Below, one piece after another: positions 39,609-51,929 of a stretch of 58,174 bases of DNA (position 1 is its first letter; each line of letters begins with the position of its first letter). The stretch is from Octopus bimaculoides (lineage: Eukaryota), in NCBI RefSeq assembly GCF_001194135.2, contig NC_068985.1:18824192-18882365 (forward strand), in the 5' to 3' direction. A model generated the notes under the pieces. It saw only the letters and a program-made list of their open reading frames with translations, ran no database searches and was not told the origin of the DNA. The translations under genes and the position numbers were made by a program.

Positions 39609-41273
39609 AGAGAGAGTGACAGACAGATAGAGCAAAGGAAGAATATTTCCTATTTTTATGTTTTGCGTAATCTTTTAAGTTATTTTAAATATGTTACATA
39701 TTTATCATGTAGCCTTTAATTTTAGTCCCCTCTCTTTCTCTTTCTCTCTCCCTCCCTCTCACGTACAAACACATGTACATAAGCACACACGCCTATAGAG
39801 GTTTGTACAAAACTGACAGTTAAGTAAGTTGCTTCGTTCATACGATATAATCACTTTTCATAAGAGATATTTAGAGCAATCGCTGGCCGTTGCCGAGAAG
39901 AATTTTCGTCACGCTCTGACACTTATTGTGTTTTTTTAACACAGTAAATCCATAATAGATGTTATCTCGGCACAAATACTGTAGTAACTGACCTGTCGAC
40001 AATGTGTGTACATTAGATATGATGCATTCATGGCTATTTTCGTTATTGTAATGTAAACATGTAGACTAAAATGATTATCCCTCATGAGAACTGAAACCGG
40101 TATGTAATAATTTATTTTAGAATATGCAATGATATATTTTGAATAATTTAATTGCAACAATGTATTTTGGAATGATTTTTATTAATAATTACAACAGAGA
40201 TTGCGCATTTCCTTGTGTTTATCGTTTTTGTGACTTGTGTATGGAATATTTTTAATTTGTGTCTGTGTGTGTGCGTGCTTGCTTGCGCATCTATGTGTGT
40301 ATAAAGATACAAATTCGAAACTGTGTTACGTCCAACTACACTTATTTTTTTTATTTGTTTCTTTTGATCTCACTACTTTTTCATTTTTATGATAAAACCG
40401 TCCGACTAGTGTTCGGCTAGTCCATTCTTCCAATCCCTCATGGGTGTTAATGACTCTCACCACAACACACAGAGACGTGTGTGTGCGTGTGTGTTTTATT
40501 GTGGTGAAGAAACTACTCTTTCTCAGAATATTTTGCACAATAATTTTTAAAGAAATCTGGACATCTTTCTTACAGCTAACCATTCAACTTCAAATTACAA
40601 TTGTTAATTGCTGGAAATCAAGTACACAGAGATGTACATATAGTGTTATCGTATAGAGTGGAAGTTCGATACGAGGTTTTGAACTCATTATCTTGTTAGT
40701 AATCCATTACCTTAAATTTGAAGCCATTAAGTCTTTAAACATTATTTTACTGGGTTTAGTTTTTCGACTGTCGTCATGATGGAGTATCACTTTCAAAAAT
40801 TTAATTGATCATACTCACCTCAGTATGTATTTCAATCTGGCATTTATTTTATAGATCTCTGCTTGATGAACTGCTATCTTTATATTCGATTTAACAATAC
40901 TCGATTTAACAAGTGTAAACACACACACACGCACGCGCGCACACATACGCACACACACATTAGGTGCAAGAATGACTGTGCAGTTGAGAGGTTTGCTTCC
41001 CAACCACATGGTTCCACGTTCAGTCCCTCTGCATGGTACCTTGGGCAAGTGTTTTCTATTATAGCCCTAGGCCAACCACAGACTTGTGACTGAATTTTGT
41101 AGACGGAAACTGCAACGTTGTTCATCAGAAAATGACCTAATAGCATGTTTGCAAAGAAGAGTTGTTTGCTTCATACTCCTCGTGTGTCGATTCTGCCCAT
41201 AAGAAAGGAACAAATAATACAATGTGGCTGTAGGTCATAACACCGGGGTGCATTGCTAGTGTGTGTGTGTGTG

Positions 41274-42140
41274 NNNNNNNNNNNNNNNNNNNNNNNNNNN
41301 NNNNNNNNNNNNNNNNNNNNNNNNNNNNNNNNNNNNNNNNNNNNNNNNNNNNNNNNNNNNNNNNNNNNNNNNNNNNNNNNNNNNNNNNNNNNNNNNNNNN
41401 NNNNNNNNNNNNNNNNNNNNNNNNNNNNNNNNNNNNNNNNNNNNNNNNNNNNNNNNNNNNNNNNNNNNNNNNNNNNNNNNNNNNNNNNNNNNNNNNNNNN
41501 NNNNNNNNNNNNNNNNNNNNNNNNNNNNNNNNNNNNNNNNNNNNNNNNNNNNNNNNNNNNNNNNNNNNNNNNNNNNNNNNNNNNNNNNNNNNNNNNNNNN
41601 NNNNNNNNNNNNNNNNNNNNNNNNNNNNNNNNNNNNNNNNNNNNNNNNNNNNNNNNNNNNNNNNNNNNNNNNNNNNNNNNNNNNNNNNNNNNNNNNNNNN
41701 NNNNNNNNNNNNNNNNNNNNNNNNNNNNNNNNNNNNNNNNNNNNNNNNNNNNNNNNNNNNNNNNNNNNNNNNNNNNNNNNNNNNNNNNNNNNNNNNNNNN
41801 NNNNNNNNNNNNNNNNNNNNNNNNNNNNNNNNNNNNNNNNNNNNNNNNNNNNNNNNNNNNNNNNNNNNNNNNNNNNNNNNNNNNNNNNNNNNNNNNNNNN
41901 NNNNNNNNNNNNNNNNNNNNNNNNNNNNNNNNNNNNNNNNNNNNNNNNNNNNNNNNNNNNNNNNNNNNNNNNNNNNNNNNNNNNNNNNNNNNNNNNNNNN
42001 NNNNNNNNNNNNNNNNNNNNNNNNNNNNNNNNNNNNNNNNNNNNNNNNNNNNNNNNNNNNNNNNNNNNNNNNNNNNNNNNNNNNNNNNNNNNNNNNNNNN
42101 NNNNNNNNNNNNNNNNNNNNNNNNNNNNNNNNNNNNNNNN
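41274..42140. other. Assembly gap (largest)
   Basis: N-run. Others at 9924-10076, 27673-28030, 29380-29402, 33383-33392 and 54291-54337. Confidence 1.
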
Positions 42141-42339
42141 GCTTCCCAACCACATGGCTCCGGGTTCAGTCCCATTGCGTGGCACCTTGAGCAGGTGTTT
42201 TCTATTATAGCCTCGGGCTGACCAAAGCCTTTTTAGTGAATTTTGTAGACGAAAACTGAAACAAGTCCGTCGTGTGTGCGTGTCTGTGTGTGTGTGGCAC
42301 TAGTATTTCCTTTTAAAGACTTTTTAAATTTTATTTTCG

Positions 42340-43450
42340 AGTGTCTTTTTCATTCGTGGGTCGTTCTGATGAATGATATTTTATTCTGTATTTCTTGAAT
42401 TGGATTGTGTGTTAGTATAGAAGATAGAGTATTGAGTACATGAGGAGTGTTTCTTGCTTTTCCTAATTCTTGGGTGTCTATCGTTTTACACGTTTTATTG
42501 ATCAAAGTGACTCGGTATTGTCTTTCGAGTAATATATTTGCAAGTTCTGTAAATTGTGTCTCCTGGGTTTCGAGATTGGATACAATTGAGCAGATTTTTC
42601 TTGCCAGGTTGAAAGGTATATTTATTTTCGAATGTTTTGGATGGCTGGAAGAAAATAAGATATTATTTTGAGCGTCTTTGTTAGAAGTAGATGTAAGCTT
42701 CAACGTTCGTATCTCTTTTTAAGTTGTCCCAAAAGGATGGTTGTTTTTGACTATATTCCTTTCTGAATTGAATACTGTAGTTTATGTTAGTAATTAGAGA
42801 TTTAAACTCATGGAATGGATCATTACTCTGTGTCTACAAGATACAACAATAATCAAGGTAGCGTTTCCAGTTGACAGATAGTTATTTATGTAAGTTATTG
42901 TCAAGCTTTAAGCTAGAGTGTTCGTATATTTGGTTTTCTGAGTATGTTCTAATGAGATTACCATACATGGGGGCTACTTTTGTACCCACAACAATCCCTG
43001 ATATCTGTCTGTAGATGTCGTTGAAACTGAAAAAATTATTTCGTAGGATGAAATTTAATCGTTCTTCAATTCGTTCAGATAACCCTATTGAAAATTGTTC
43101 AGCCGGAATTTTATAGCTTCTATTCTGTATTCTTGTAGAATCGTGGTATAGAAATTTGCTACCTCAAGTGAGATAAAAAGAATATCTGTGTTCGTTTTAT
43201 TCGGAAAATAATTTAGAAAGTCTAAGTAATCTCTTATGAAGCTCGGTAGGGATTTAAGAATAGGTTTTAGGAGTGTATCAATAAAGTTACTTAGTATACG
43301 TGTTTCACAAGACGGGCCTGCTCTGTCTGAGTTGAGATGTTTGGGGGTCTCACTGAAGTTGTTGGTTATCTCTGAAGTCGTCATTACAGATATTATTTCA
43401 AGTTCTACATACAAAAACATTATTTACAGTTAACATCGATTAATTTGGCA
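42340..43450 (-). mobile_element. Penelope-like element RT fossil
   Basis: AGPSCETRILSNFIDTLLKP...IRDYLDFL, SLEVANFYTTI, PKVAPMY, SSSHPKHSKINIPFNLARKIC. Confidence 0.88.
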
Positions 43451-43998
43451 ATTATTTGGTTGTGTTATTTCTTCATTGGTCGGTTTTCCGTATGTCGTAT
43501 TTCAGATCCTGCTTTCGTTTTCTTTGAATTGCTTATCCGTTTATCGTTTTCTATTGTGTGTTTCCCCTTGTGTATCTGTATCCTGTTTTACTGATCTATG
43601 TCTTGCTTTAATAGAATTTCTTAGTTTATAACTTATCTATTAGTTGGTTCAGTAGGCATCATATAACTGCCTGTTGATTACATAATTTATATAGTGTTTT
43701 GTTAACGTTGTCTCTTTTATAAATTGCTTTGCATCCTGATTCACTAATGGTGATTTTTGTATATTCGGTTGTTATTTTGTATTTTCGTTGTTCTGTCTGT
43801 CATTATGTCAAATTCATAGGTATTTTCTATTTGTTGTTGCTTCACTGAATGTGCATTCGTTGGAGTTTTGTTTTATCGTCGGTTACCTTCGCTCTTGTTG
43901 ATCCGTATGTCATTTTAGATCCTGTACTTGGTTTTCTGAAGTCGTTTCCGATTAGTCAGTTCGAAAGTCGGTCTCTCGTTGTTAATCTGTTGTGTGAA

Positions 43999-44320
43999 GG
44001 CGCGTGGCTCAGTGGTTAGGGCATTCGGCTCACGATCGTAAGGTCGTGAGTTCGATTCCTGGCAGCGCGTCGTGTTCTTAAACAAGGCATTTTATTTCAC
44101 ATTGTTCCAGACCATTCAGCTGGCAAAAAGGAGTTGTACTTGTAATTCAAAGGGTCAACCTTGTCACACTCTATGTCACACTGAATTTCGCTCAGAACTA
44201 CGTTAAGGGTACGCGTGTTTGCGGACTGCTCAGCCACTTGCACGTTAATTTCACGAGCAGGCTATTCTGTTGATCGGACCAACTACCCTCGTCGTCGTAA
44301 CCGACGGAGTGCCAGTTACT
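43999..44320 (+). mobile_element. tRNA-derived SINE family A, near full length
   Basis: ggcgcgtggctcagtggttagg...gagttcgattcc head and accgacggagtgcc end. Confidence 0.85.
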
Positions 44321-44789
44321 AGTCTGATGTGTATTCGCGCTCTCTTTTCCCCAGATGTTTGCTATTTCGCTTGCATTGTTTATTGGTTTGTCACTTATTT
44401 CTTGGTTAGTAGTTTTATTCGTGTAGTAATAAATTCTCTTATGTGATTTTGGGCCATATTCCATCCAGAATGATTTGAGATTGTACGAAAGAAATAAAAT
44501 GTTTATCGGTATTTCGAAGAAAATCGTTTAGGATTTCAGAAGCATTTATTTGAAGAAAATATTACATTTGCTCAGCATTGGTTTTGTCAAAAATTCTAAT
44601 GTCAAGTGCGCTGTTCTTTCTCTTTTCGTGATATTTTAAAAGGAAATTGCGACATCAGTGATCTTTGTGACGTTAGCTACTTATCTTTCTATTTCTATTA
44701 CCATAGGAATTATAGAACTAGATACCGTTTTCCGTCATTACCTGAAGATTTTTTTTTAAATAAAATTATTGATAGTAAGCTTTTGATTA

Positions 44790-45850
44790 ACCCAATCATT
44801 TAATCATGTCGGGGACCCTGTTCTATCTCGTAATCGTCTATCCACCTGGCGGAGTGGAGGACGTTCCCTTAGAGATTTCTGTAGAGTTACGGAGCTGCCT
44901 TCCCCTTCCCCTTCGTCATCAGAAGAGCTAATCACCCTTCGAATATCCAGGACGTGACGCGGGATTCCATCCATTGATACATTATTCAAAGTACTGATCG
45001 CGGTCACCTTTCCTTTCACCCACTGCGTTGTATACCGAGCATTCGGGGGCTTCATCTCTAACCTGCACAGATGTAATCCCTTCTACCTCTAGCTGCTGCG
45101 GCACCACGCTCGGGTGTCTCCATTTGTACCGGAATATGGCCCTGTGGGGGACTGACTCTTCGGCTTGCCCTACCTGAACGGCATGTGGTACCAGAAGACT
45201 GCCTCCATAGGAGAGATTCATCCCCTCTCAGCCATGGCTTTAATCGTACAATGGTGCCGTTCTACAATCCCGTTTCTACCTGGCCTGTATGCAGCTCTGA
45301 AGAAGCATCTTGTGCTCCACCTTCCGAGCATCTATCTCAGCTACTCTGAGAGCTGTCATTTATCAATAGCTCGTCTACAGGCCTCCTTTCCAAGAACATC
45401 GCATTCAGCACTTCTGCAACTTCGGCAGCAGTCTCCACCCCGATTTCTCTCCATACAGCCATTCGCCCCAGTCCACAGTCGACCATTGAAAGGTACACCT
45501 TTCCTCGATAGTGCGTCACGTCAATGGTTAGCCTCTTCCAATCTTCCACTACTTGAATCTCTCCTGGTTCATGTGTGCTCGGGGCAGGATGGATCGATTG
45601 GCATCTGTTACAATTCCCTACTATCCTCCGAATGCTCTCTCTGGTGACATCGGGGTCGGCCGTTTTAGCCCAAAAACAACGTCCTGTCGGCCGCCATGTA
45701 GTGCATGTTATGTAACCTCCTTAGTTCTGTGCTCTACAGCCGACAAACCGCTGCGAACTCACTCGGAACATCCTCTACTGTTTCCAACCAATACCTTTTC
45801 ACTCTGGTTAGAACGCCTGCCTTATTCTTTTCCGAGGGCACGAATATTAC
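44790..45850 (-). mobile_element. Ty3/Gypsy LTR retrotransposon integrase fossil
   Basis: Zn-binding remnant (H..H...RTLF...CNRCQSIHPAP), WKRLTIDVTHYRGKVYLSMVDCG, PHRAIFRYKWRHP, C-terminal KPPNARYTTQW. Confidence 0.85.
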
Positions 45851-45943
45851 ATGCTGCTCCATGTATGCATGTGCAGGTTTGTATGTTTTATGTATGTATT
45901 CTCGTGCATATAGTTGCATATCTAGACATGCTCATATATATAT

Positions 45944-46691
45944 TTAAATGATAAACTTCTGGAAAGTTTTACAGATTTTTACACTTCCAGTGATGGATTG
46001 GATCTGTAGTCTTCGAATTAGCTTTCTTCTTTCTGGCTTTGTAAAACCTAATTTCTCAAGATTGGTATTTAGGCAGTGTGTTACATATCCCATGGCTCCA
46101 ATAATTACAGCTATAAATCTGAACTTGTAACCTGGATAAAGTAACTGCAGATTTCTCAATAGCTCAGCATAGGTGTTCGCTTTTTCACTGATTTTCAGCT
46201 TTATGTTAACATCCTCTGGACAGCTAATTTCCACAGCTGTGCATAGTCTCTCTTCTCTATCCCAAATCATTATATCAAGTCTGTTGTGCTTACATTTTAT
46301 TGAGGTCTTCACTGGTACGTTCCACCAGTATTCCTGATTATTATGAGTGGCTATGGTTTCTACCATATTGTGGGTTTTTATTCTTTTGTCCTTGGAATTA
46401 TCCTTCCGACGGATTTCATTATAGAGTGTCCTAGCTACAACGTCATATCTCATCGGTAGATAATACCATGATGACATTTTCGGACAACTGCTTATGATGT
46501 GGGTGATATTTTCAGTGTGAACTCCACAAAGTCTGCATCGGTTGTCACACTTTACGATTTTACCTGCATCTCTATCCCTTTTGTGCATCAGGTACTTGGT
46601 TGATATTTCCTGTTCCTGGATTGCAAACGTATACCCTTCAAAGTGGGAGGTAGTAATCCGGCTATTGGTCCATGATAAAAGGTAGTAATCC
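45944..46691 (-). mobile_element. R4/Dong-clade non-LTR retrotransposon C-terminus (CCHC plus REL endonuclease)
   Basis: About 250-codon open frame: AIQEQEISTK, CRLCGVHTENITHIISSC, WWNVPVKT...HNRLDIMIWD...VEISCP, IIGAMG. Confidence 0.9.
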
Positions 46692-47506
46692 GTATGTATG
46701 TATGTATGTATGTATGTATGTATGTATGTATGTATGTATGTATGCATGCATGCAGGTCTGTATGCATGTGTGTGTATGCATGAATATATGCATGCTTGTA
46801 AGTATGTGTTTACACGCGACTATCCCGTATCGTTTTTACGTTGAAATCATTTGAAAAACGAGGCTCTGTGCTTATGTCCTGTAACGATCAACCATTAGGA
46901 ATCGATAAATATCAGACGCAAAAATAAGTCTTGAGGGTCGATACAACCAACAAAAACTGTTCAAAGCTGTGCTCCAGTATGGCTGCAGTCCCATGACGGA
47001 AACAAATAAAGGAGTAAAATTGTCAGTGTTCATCTATCTATCTATCTATCTATGCACATGCGCGCGCGCGTCCACGCACATACAAAACCTGTTCTTTACT
47101 ACTCCAATACAACACCATGGATAAGTACATTTATTTTTTAACAACCGGTTACTCTACTGAGATTAAACGAAATATTGTCTCGTTCGTTAACAATTAATTG
47201 TACGGCGCACAAAAATATTTCATTCTTAAGGAAAAAAAAAAGCAAAAAGCATCAAAGTAATTTTCTTTCCTTCAAACAATGGCGTCGTTAATGCAATCAT
47301 GCGATTAAGTCGTCAAATGATCCTTAAAATCTTAATATGAAAGAGAAATTGTTTAAAAAACTAAATGGATTTTCTTAAAACAAGCACAAGAATTGCTGAT
47401 AACAAAGAGCTTGAAATTCTTCATAAAAGCCTAATCAATACTATTAAAAATAACTTACAAAAATAGGTAACTATTGACGACGAATTAGAGTGAAAGGTAC
47501 TATAAC

Positions 47507-47767
47507 GGTGCGTGACCCGTCTTTTCGTCTGATATCATTTTGACCAACATCACTTTGTCCACATCTTTTTGTTCAATGACTCTTTGTTCAATTTTAAATA
47601 AATTCTTTAGAAAACAAGGTGAACATCAAAATCAAATAATAATTGAAAATTTTATTGATAGGATTTGTCGTTGGACATAAAAATCATCGGACAAAAAGAC
47701 GTCGGACCAAAAAACATGGGCGAAAAGACGTTTGACGAAGTGACGTCGGACGAAAAGGCATAGCACC
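47507..47767. mobile_element. MITE-like element with imperfect TIRs and (G)TCGGAC/CGAAAA subrepeats
   Basis: Left ggtgcgtgacccgtcttttcgtctga versus reverse complement of right ggtgctatgccttttcgtccga. Confidence 0.6.
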
Positions 47768-47967
47768 ATAAAGGTGTTGGAAATATGTGAAGCTGTTAAA
47801 GATGTAGACTAAATTAGAAGAAATTTCAGAAGCTCTTCCATTTAGTACGCAGATGTTAGACGATCTAAAAATACATCGTTTTAGTTCATAATGTTGATTA
47901 AAAGCAATAAGACTATGTATGAGCAACTTTTTGACGAACTAAGAATACAAACAATATGCAATCAATG

Positions 47968-48377
47968 CAGAGCCGGATTAAGACTCGTAGAAGCCCTAAG
48001 CACTTAAAAGATTTTGGTGTCCCCATATATATGTAACTCAAAATGTAAACAATAACAAACTATAGAATAAATTTTAAATTTTCAACATGAAGCAAAACTA
48101 ACACTAAGATGGAAAGTAATGTTCCACTTAATTTATATTTGAAAAGATTTCTCAACACTTTTTTTAATTGCAAAATCTCTGATCAGATCCTCACACTATG
48201 ACACTATGAACGCTTCAAAATTATATTTCCAATCACACAAACCACTTCAAATATTATATTAGCAAGTTTAAAGTAATTTCTTTTGTGCTGTAAACCATTT
48301 ACCATTTCTGTGGTGCCTTACTTTCCTTTGATGTCTTAAGCACATGCTTACCCTGCTTAATGGTTAATCCAGTGCTG
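47968..48377. mobile_element. hAT MITE
   Basis: TIR cagagccggattaa/ttaatccagtgctg. Perfect 8-bp TSD AATCAATG at 47960-47967 and 48378-48385. Confidence 0.9.
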
Positions 48378-48657
48378 AATCAATGTTAGATAAGTGCTTT
48401 TTTAAATAAGTAATTTTAAATAATTTTTAACGAATTAAATAAATATTTCTTTCAAACTAATAGTTGTTTATAATGTAAAGATGTTTAGAGCAATAAATGT
48501 AAACTAAGTGGACTCATAGAAATTCCACGGATTACATGGCACGGATTATAAAATCCAGATAAATAATGTATGTTAAATGTATATGTTAATTTGTTACGCT
48601 TGCTACAGTATCATATTAACACATTGCAGTTCATAGTTTTTAAATTTGAATGTCAAC

Positions 48658-48728
48658 CACTAGCGTATCTACAGTGTGTGCCGCCCGGAGCGGACCACCT
48701 CTACCACTCCACCCTAACTATGCTAGTG
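48658..48728. mobile_element. 71-bp mini-MITE (hAT-type TSD)
   Basis: TIR cactagcgta/tatgctagtg. Perfect 8-bp TSD ATGTCAAC at 48650-48657 and 48729-48736. Confidence 0.88.
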
Positions 48729-50519
48729 ATGTCAACTAATTTGGAACTTATTCGTGTAAGGGTGGATATTTAACACACGCCACTCATCTGACTTTAAAGG
48801 CACCTTCGAATTTATATGTTTTAAACATTAGAGATCCAAAATTTGTAAAATGCTTATTTTTATTTGTTAAAAGCATCTTTTTTTATGAGTATATTAGCAG
48901 ATTTACAGTTATTTTTCTATTTTATCTTTTAATACGAGTCGGTTTACGAACAATTTTTGTTGTTGTATATGAATATACTTCCTTTGCGTTTGAAATGTGT
49001 AAATATTCTTTGTTTGCATGCCTAGTCACGTTTTCATCCTTTATAAATTAAATAATAACAGTTAAATCTTCAGAATGTGAAAGAGTAAAATACTATAATG
49101 CTTTCATTATTGTGTACAGATTTCATTTATTATTTCAGAAACTAATACAGCTATTACAAAATTTTGTGGTTTTTATTTTTATATAAATAGATGCATAAAC
49201 TACAAGTGTGAGATTTCTAATTCTTCTTTTTCTTAATGTCCTTTTTATACTGCTTTTATTTATTTATTTATCTTTCGAAAGTATGACAAATTTTGATTAG
49301 TTGTTACCGTTTTATCAAGAGCGATATATAGAGAGGAAACTATAGCAGTGAGCTGGCAGAATCGTTAGCACGCCGGGCAAAATTCTTAGCGGCATTTCGT
49401 CCGTCTTTATGTTCTGAGCTCAAATACCGCCGAGGTCGACTTTGCCTTTCATTCATTCGGGGTTGAAAAGACATGTACCACTAGAATATATAGAGAGGAA
49501 ACAGGAAATACTGTGAATAACAGGCATCAGTTTTATCAATTTGCATAGCAACAAAGACACTAGAAGAACTATCACTCGCTCTTTTGAATATTAAAATCCT
49601 TTGGAATTTTCATTTTTAGCAAATAAGTACGTTTGAGTATTGCGTTCTAAATATTCCCAGGAGAATATTCGGTAATAATTTTTCATCATTCTGTTTTAAT
49701 TCACATTCCAACAGTTCAACTGATAAAAAAACAAAAAGATCTGCCATTGTAATCTTTGCTGTGAATGTGCTGTACATAATATTCTCTCGCAGACCTCCTA
49801 CCCATCACCGTTATGGTGTGAAAGTTTCTTTATCCATTTGTTTTTCAAACTCTTCTGCTTTTCGATTGATTAGCGGTCCATTAATTGCGAAATATTTTCA
49901 CGAACATTTCCAACCAAATTTCATTGCTGATTCATTTTATCTTTGCTAGACCATACTCTCTTACGATATATGTCCTGACTTGCTTGTAAGTGCTGAAATG
50001 AAGAGAAGAATTGTACTGTCGTATTTTGGCTAACTTACCGCAGTACACCAGTATTTTAGTTATTCTTACAGAAAAAAAATTCGTCTCTTATTTATTTCTA
50101 TCGTCATGATAAAGGAATGTTTAGCGCTCCTAAAGAATAGAGTAAGAAGGTATCGAGTGCAATAAAAACTGTAAATTTCTTAGGATGTGTATGTAGCAAC
50201 ACATTTTTCCGAAGCCTTTGATTATTTTCTTTCTTTTAGCTGAAAAGGGGAATTTTTCCCCGAAATATTATTGGATCACTAAACAACATATGTAAAGACC
50301 TAAAAAAAAATCTGATTTCATAGTTTTGGCGCTTGTTTTAGGTTTTTAAAGGGTTTTAGAACCAGAAAAGAGTAAAAGAAAAAAGATAACTGAAATGAAG
50401 CGCAATATTAGTATTAAGCTAATAAAGTTTATTGATAAAGTGGCCGTAAAAAAATAAATGAAAAACACAATATATACGTAATTTAATTTTTACTTTTCTT
50501 CTTGTTCTCTATTTTGCTC

Positions 50520-51262
50520 ATGAAATGCATTTTGCCCTACATGAAAATTAGCATGTCAAAGTTTTCATCAGACGAATGATCTCTTGGCCCCCAAGATGTC
50601 CTTGCCCATAGAGAGCAAACGCTCCACTGCAGCACTGGAGGGGATGGCTGTGTTGAATTTGATGAACGCTTGCTCACTCAAGAAGGCAGCATCTGTCCGT
50701 AAGTCTTTGTAGTTGGTCTCCAACCAGATCTTGACCAAATTCTGTGCCTTGTCCTTGAGCGACCTGTGGTTCCTGCGGCTCTCTTTTGGCCGAGTGACAC
50801 CACTGAAGATGTCATCCTCCTCTTCGTTGTTGCTGCCTCCTCAGTTGCTGCTCATTTCGTCAGGCTGCTGCCTCATGGCCTCCTCGACCTTACCCTCCAT
50901 GCTTTTCTTCACCTTAGTGACCATGGTGTTGTCATACTTATCCAATCAGATGAGGCAAAACCTGGGGTGGAAGGCAGCAGCCAGCTGGCATTCCTCATCC
51001 TCCAGGAGGGTCTTAAACCTTTTGTCGATGCCTGTCAAAAGTGCGTCGACCAACGTGCTGCAGTAGACAAGGCCCTTGGACTTCAAGTCCTTGAGCCTGA
51101 AGATCGTCACAGCAACTTGAATTAACAGAAGTTAACTTAAGTGGACTTGAAATTAATTAGTCCAATAATGATTTCCAAAGTTTTAAGAGTTAAATCGTTA
51201 ACGAAAATGTTAACTTCGTTAATTAACGATTAACGGATTAACGGTTTGGTGCCCAGGTTTGA
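50520..51262 (-). mobile_element. Internally deleted hAT element (C-terminal dimerisation domain plus one terminus)
   Basis: AAAFHPRF...FIKFNTAIPSSAAVERLLSMGKDILGAKR...SDENFDML with 2 in-frame TGA. Terminus caaacctgggcacc and TTAACG subterminal repeats at 51120-51262. Confidence 0.9.
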
Positions 51263-51658
51263 CACATACATACATCATAATTAGTCTTACCGAGAAGATA
51301 TTTCAACCAATGTTTGTGGCTTTGTCATACGTCCTATGGAGTGAAAAAATTGTTAGAATTTCACATGACATAAAGGATCTGTGTGTAATCTTATCTATAG
51401 CAAGTATGGCATGGAAATACAGATGGAAAATTTTCCAGATTGTAAGAGGACATAGGGCTCTCAGCGCCGCTGGAGAAAATCAGTTGTGTGATTTTTGAGG
51501 CGTCCGTCTTTACGTCTTGAGTTCAAATGACACCAAAGTCAACTTTGCCTTTCATCCTTTTGGGGTCGATAAAATAACTGCTAGTTGAACACTGGGATCG
51601 ATTATATCGACTTATCTCCTCCACCCGAAATTGATGGCCTTGTGCCAAAATTCGAAAT

Positions 51659-51677
51659 CACCACCACCACCACCACC

Positions 51678-51723
<46 letters not shown>

Positions 51724-51803
51724 ACATCAACATCACCATCACCGTCATCGTTATCGTTGTCATTACTGTTATTATCATTGTTATTGCTGTTGAGTTGTTG
51801 TAA
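51659..51803. repeat. Compound trinucleotide microsatellite
   Basis: (CAC)n to (CAT)n to CAA/CAT to CGT/TAT/TGT, at the tail of a family B SINE. Confidence 0.9.
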
Positions 51804-51929
51804 TTGAGCTCTGAAGTTTTTCAGTTCTCATAATATTTTGTTCAAAGCCAGAAGACTACAGTGAGGTGAGAGCGAGCAGAGGTAGACGAAAAATGGATAA
51901 CGGTATCTGAATCTCTCGACCGAATAGTC

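Noticed and set aside
43999-44070. tRNA-like sequences (also 37242, 11685, 54700)
   Set aside because: A and B boxes are present but there is no complete cloverleaf, and each continues into a shared SINE body.
50713-51125. Two plus-strand ORFs of about 118 aa
   Set aside because: Antisense shadows of the GC-rich hAT transposase on the minus strand.
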